Positions 32,752 to 33,551 of a DNA stretch of 33,551 bases are shown here, in pieces. A program made the position numbers and the translations under genes. Positions within the stretch are counted from its first letter, which is position 1, and every line of letters begins with the position of its first letter. Source of the DNA: Chiloscyllium plagiosum (Eukaryota); the NCBI RefSeq assembly GCF_004010195.1, contig NW_025214129.1:1-33551 (forward strand), given 5' to 3'. The notes beneath the pieces were generated by a model. The model did not search any database. It was not told the origin of the DNA and was given only the letters and a program-made list of their open reading frames with translations.

Positions 32752-33551
32752 ACATAGAACATAGAACAATACAGCACACGATATTGTGCCAAACATTTGT
32801 CTGAGCTTAAGCACCTATCCATGTACTTATCTAATTGCCGCTGAAAGGTCACCAATGATTCTGACTCCGCCACTCTCACAGGCAGCGCATTCCATGCCCC
32901 CACCACTCTCTGGGTAAAGAACCTACCCCTGACATCCTCCCTATATCTTCCACCCTTCACCTTAAATTGATTTCCCCTTGTAACACTCTGTTGTACCTGG
33001 GGATAAAGCCTCTGACTGTCTACTCTATCTATTCCCCGATCATCTTATAAACATTTATCAAGTCACCCCTCATCCTTCGCCGTTCCAATGAGAAAAGGCA
33101 TAGCACTCTCAACTTATCTTCGCACGTCCTATTCTCCATTCCAGGCAACATCCTGGTAAATCTCCTCTGCACCCTCTACAAAGCTTCCACATCTTTCCTA
33201 AAATGAGGCGAACAGAACTGCACACAGTACTCCAAATGTGGCCTTACGAAGGTCCTGTACAGCTGCAACATCACCTCACGACTCTTGAATTCAATCCCTC
33301 TGCTAATGAACGCAAATGCACCATAGACCTTCTTACAAGCTCTATCCACCTGAGTGGCAACTTTCAAAGATCTATGAACATAGACCCCAAGATCTCTCTG
33401 CTCCTCCACCTTACAAAGAACCCTACCATTAACCCTGTATTCCGCATTCTTATTTGTCCTTCCAAAATGGACAACCTCACACTTGACAGGGTTGAACTCC
33501 ATCTGCCACTCCTCAGCCCAGCACTGCATCATATCTAAGTCTCTTTGCAGC
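32752..33551 (-). mobile_element. Young CR1 LINE 3' part (same subfamily as 9368-13010), runs off the window end
   Basis: ORF 33176-33532 WQMEFNPVKCEVVHFGRTN...RPHLEYCVQF, highly similar to 9370-10080; ACATAGAACATAGAAC tail. Confidence 0.93.

Overview
Eukaryotic, repeat-dominated genomic DNA with two assembly gaps (11138-11993, 31675-32439). The repeat families point to a cartilaginous fish (shark); this is inferred from recognising them, not from a search. Most of the window is nested, decayed retroelements: CR1-type LINEs (one near full-length copy inserted into a SINE with an 8-bp target-site duplication), tRNA-derived SINEs, and Penelope-like elements (PLEs). Four short PLE terminal-repeat insertions are arranged as inverted hairpins, are bounded by 11-15 bp target-site duplications (TSDs), and carry degenerate minimal hammerhead-ribozyme motifs. 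The only host-gene signal is two paralogous minus-strand first coding exons of a GPR139/GPR142-like class A GPCR (N-terminal ectodomain plus TM1, ending GxP-G|GTAAGT), 14.3 kb apart. The copy at 15782-16079 is open; the copy at 30081-30278 has a frameshift and a stop. I can see no exon 2 (TM1 end to TM7) anywhere in the window, including the gap-free interval between the two first exons. Shared blocks at ~3.2-4.4 kb and ~17.8-18.4 kb indicate a ~14 kb tandem segmental duplication of exon 1 plus intron. This is either receptor birth-and-death or an array of alternative first exons. Repeat boundaries are approximate unless a TSD is given.
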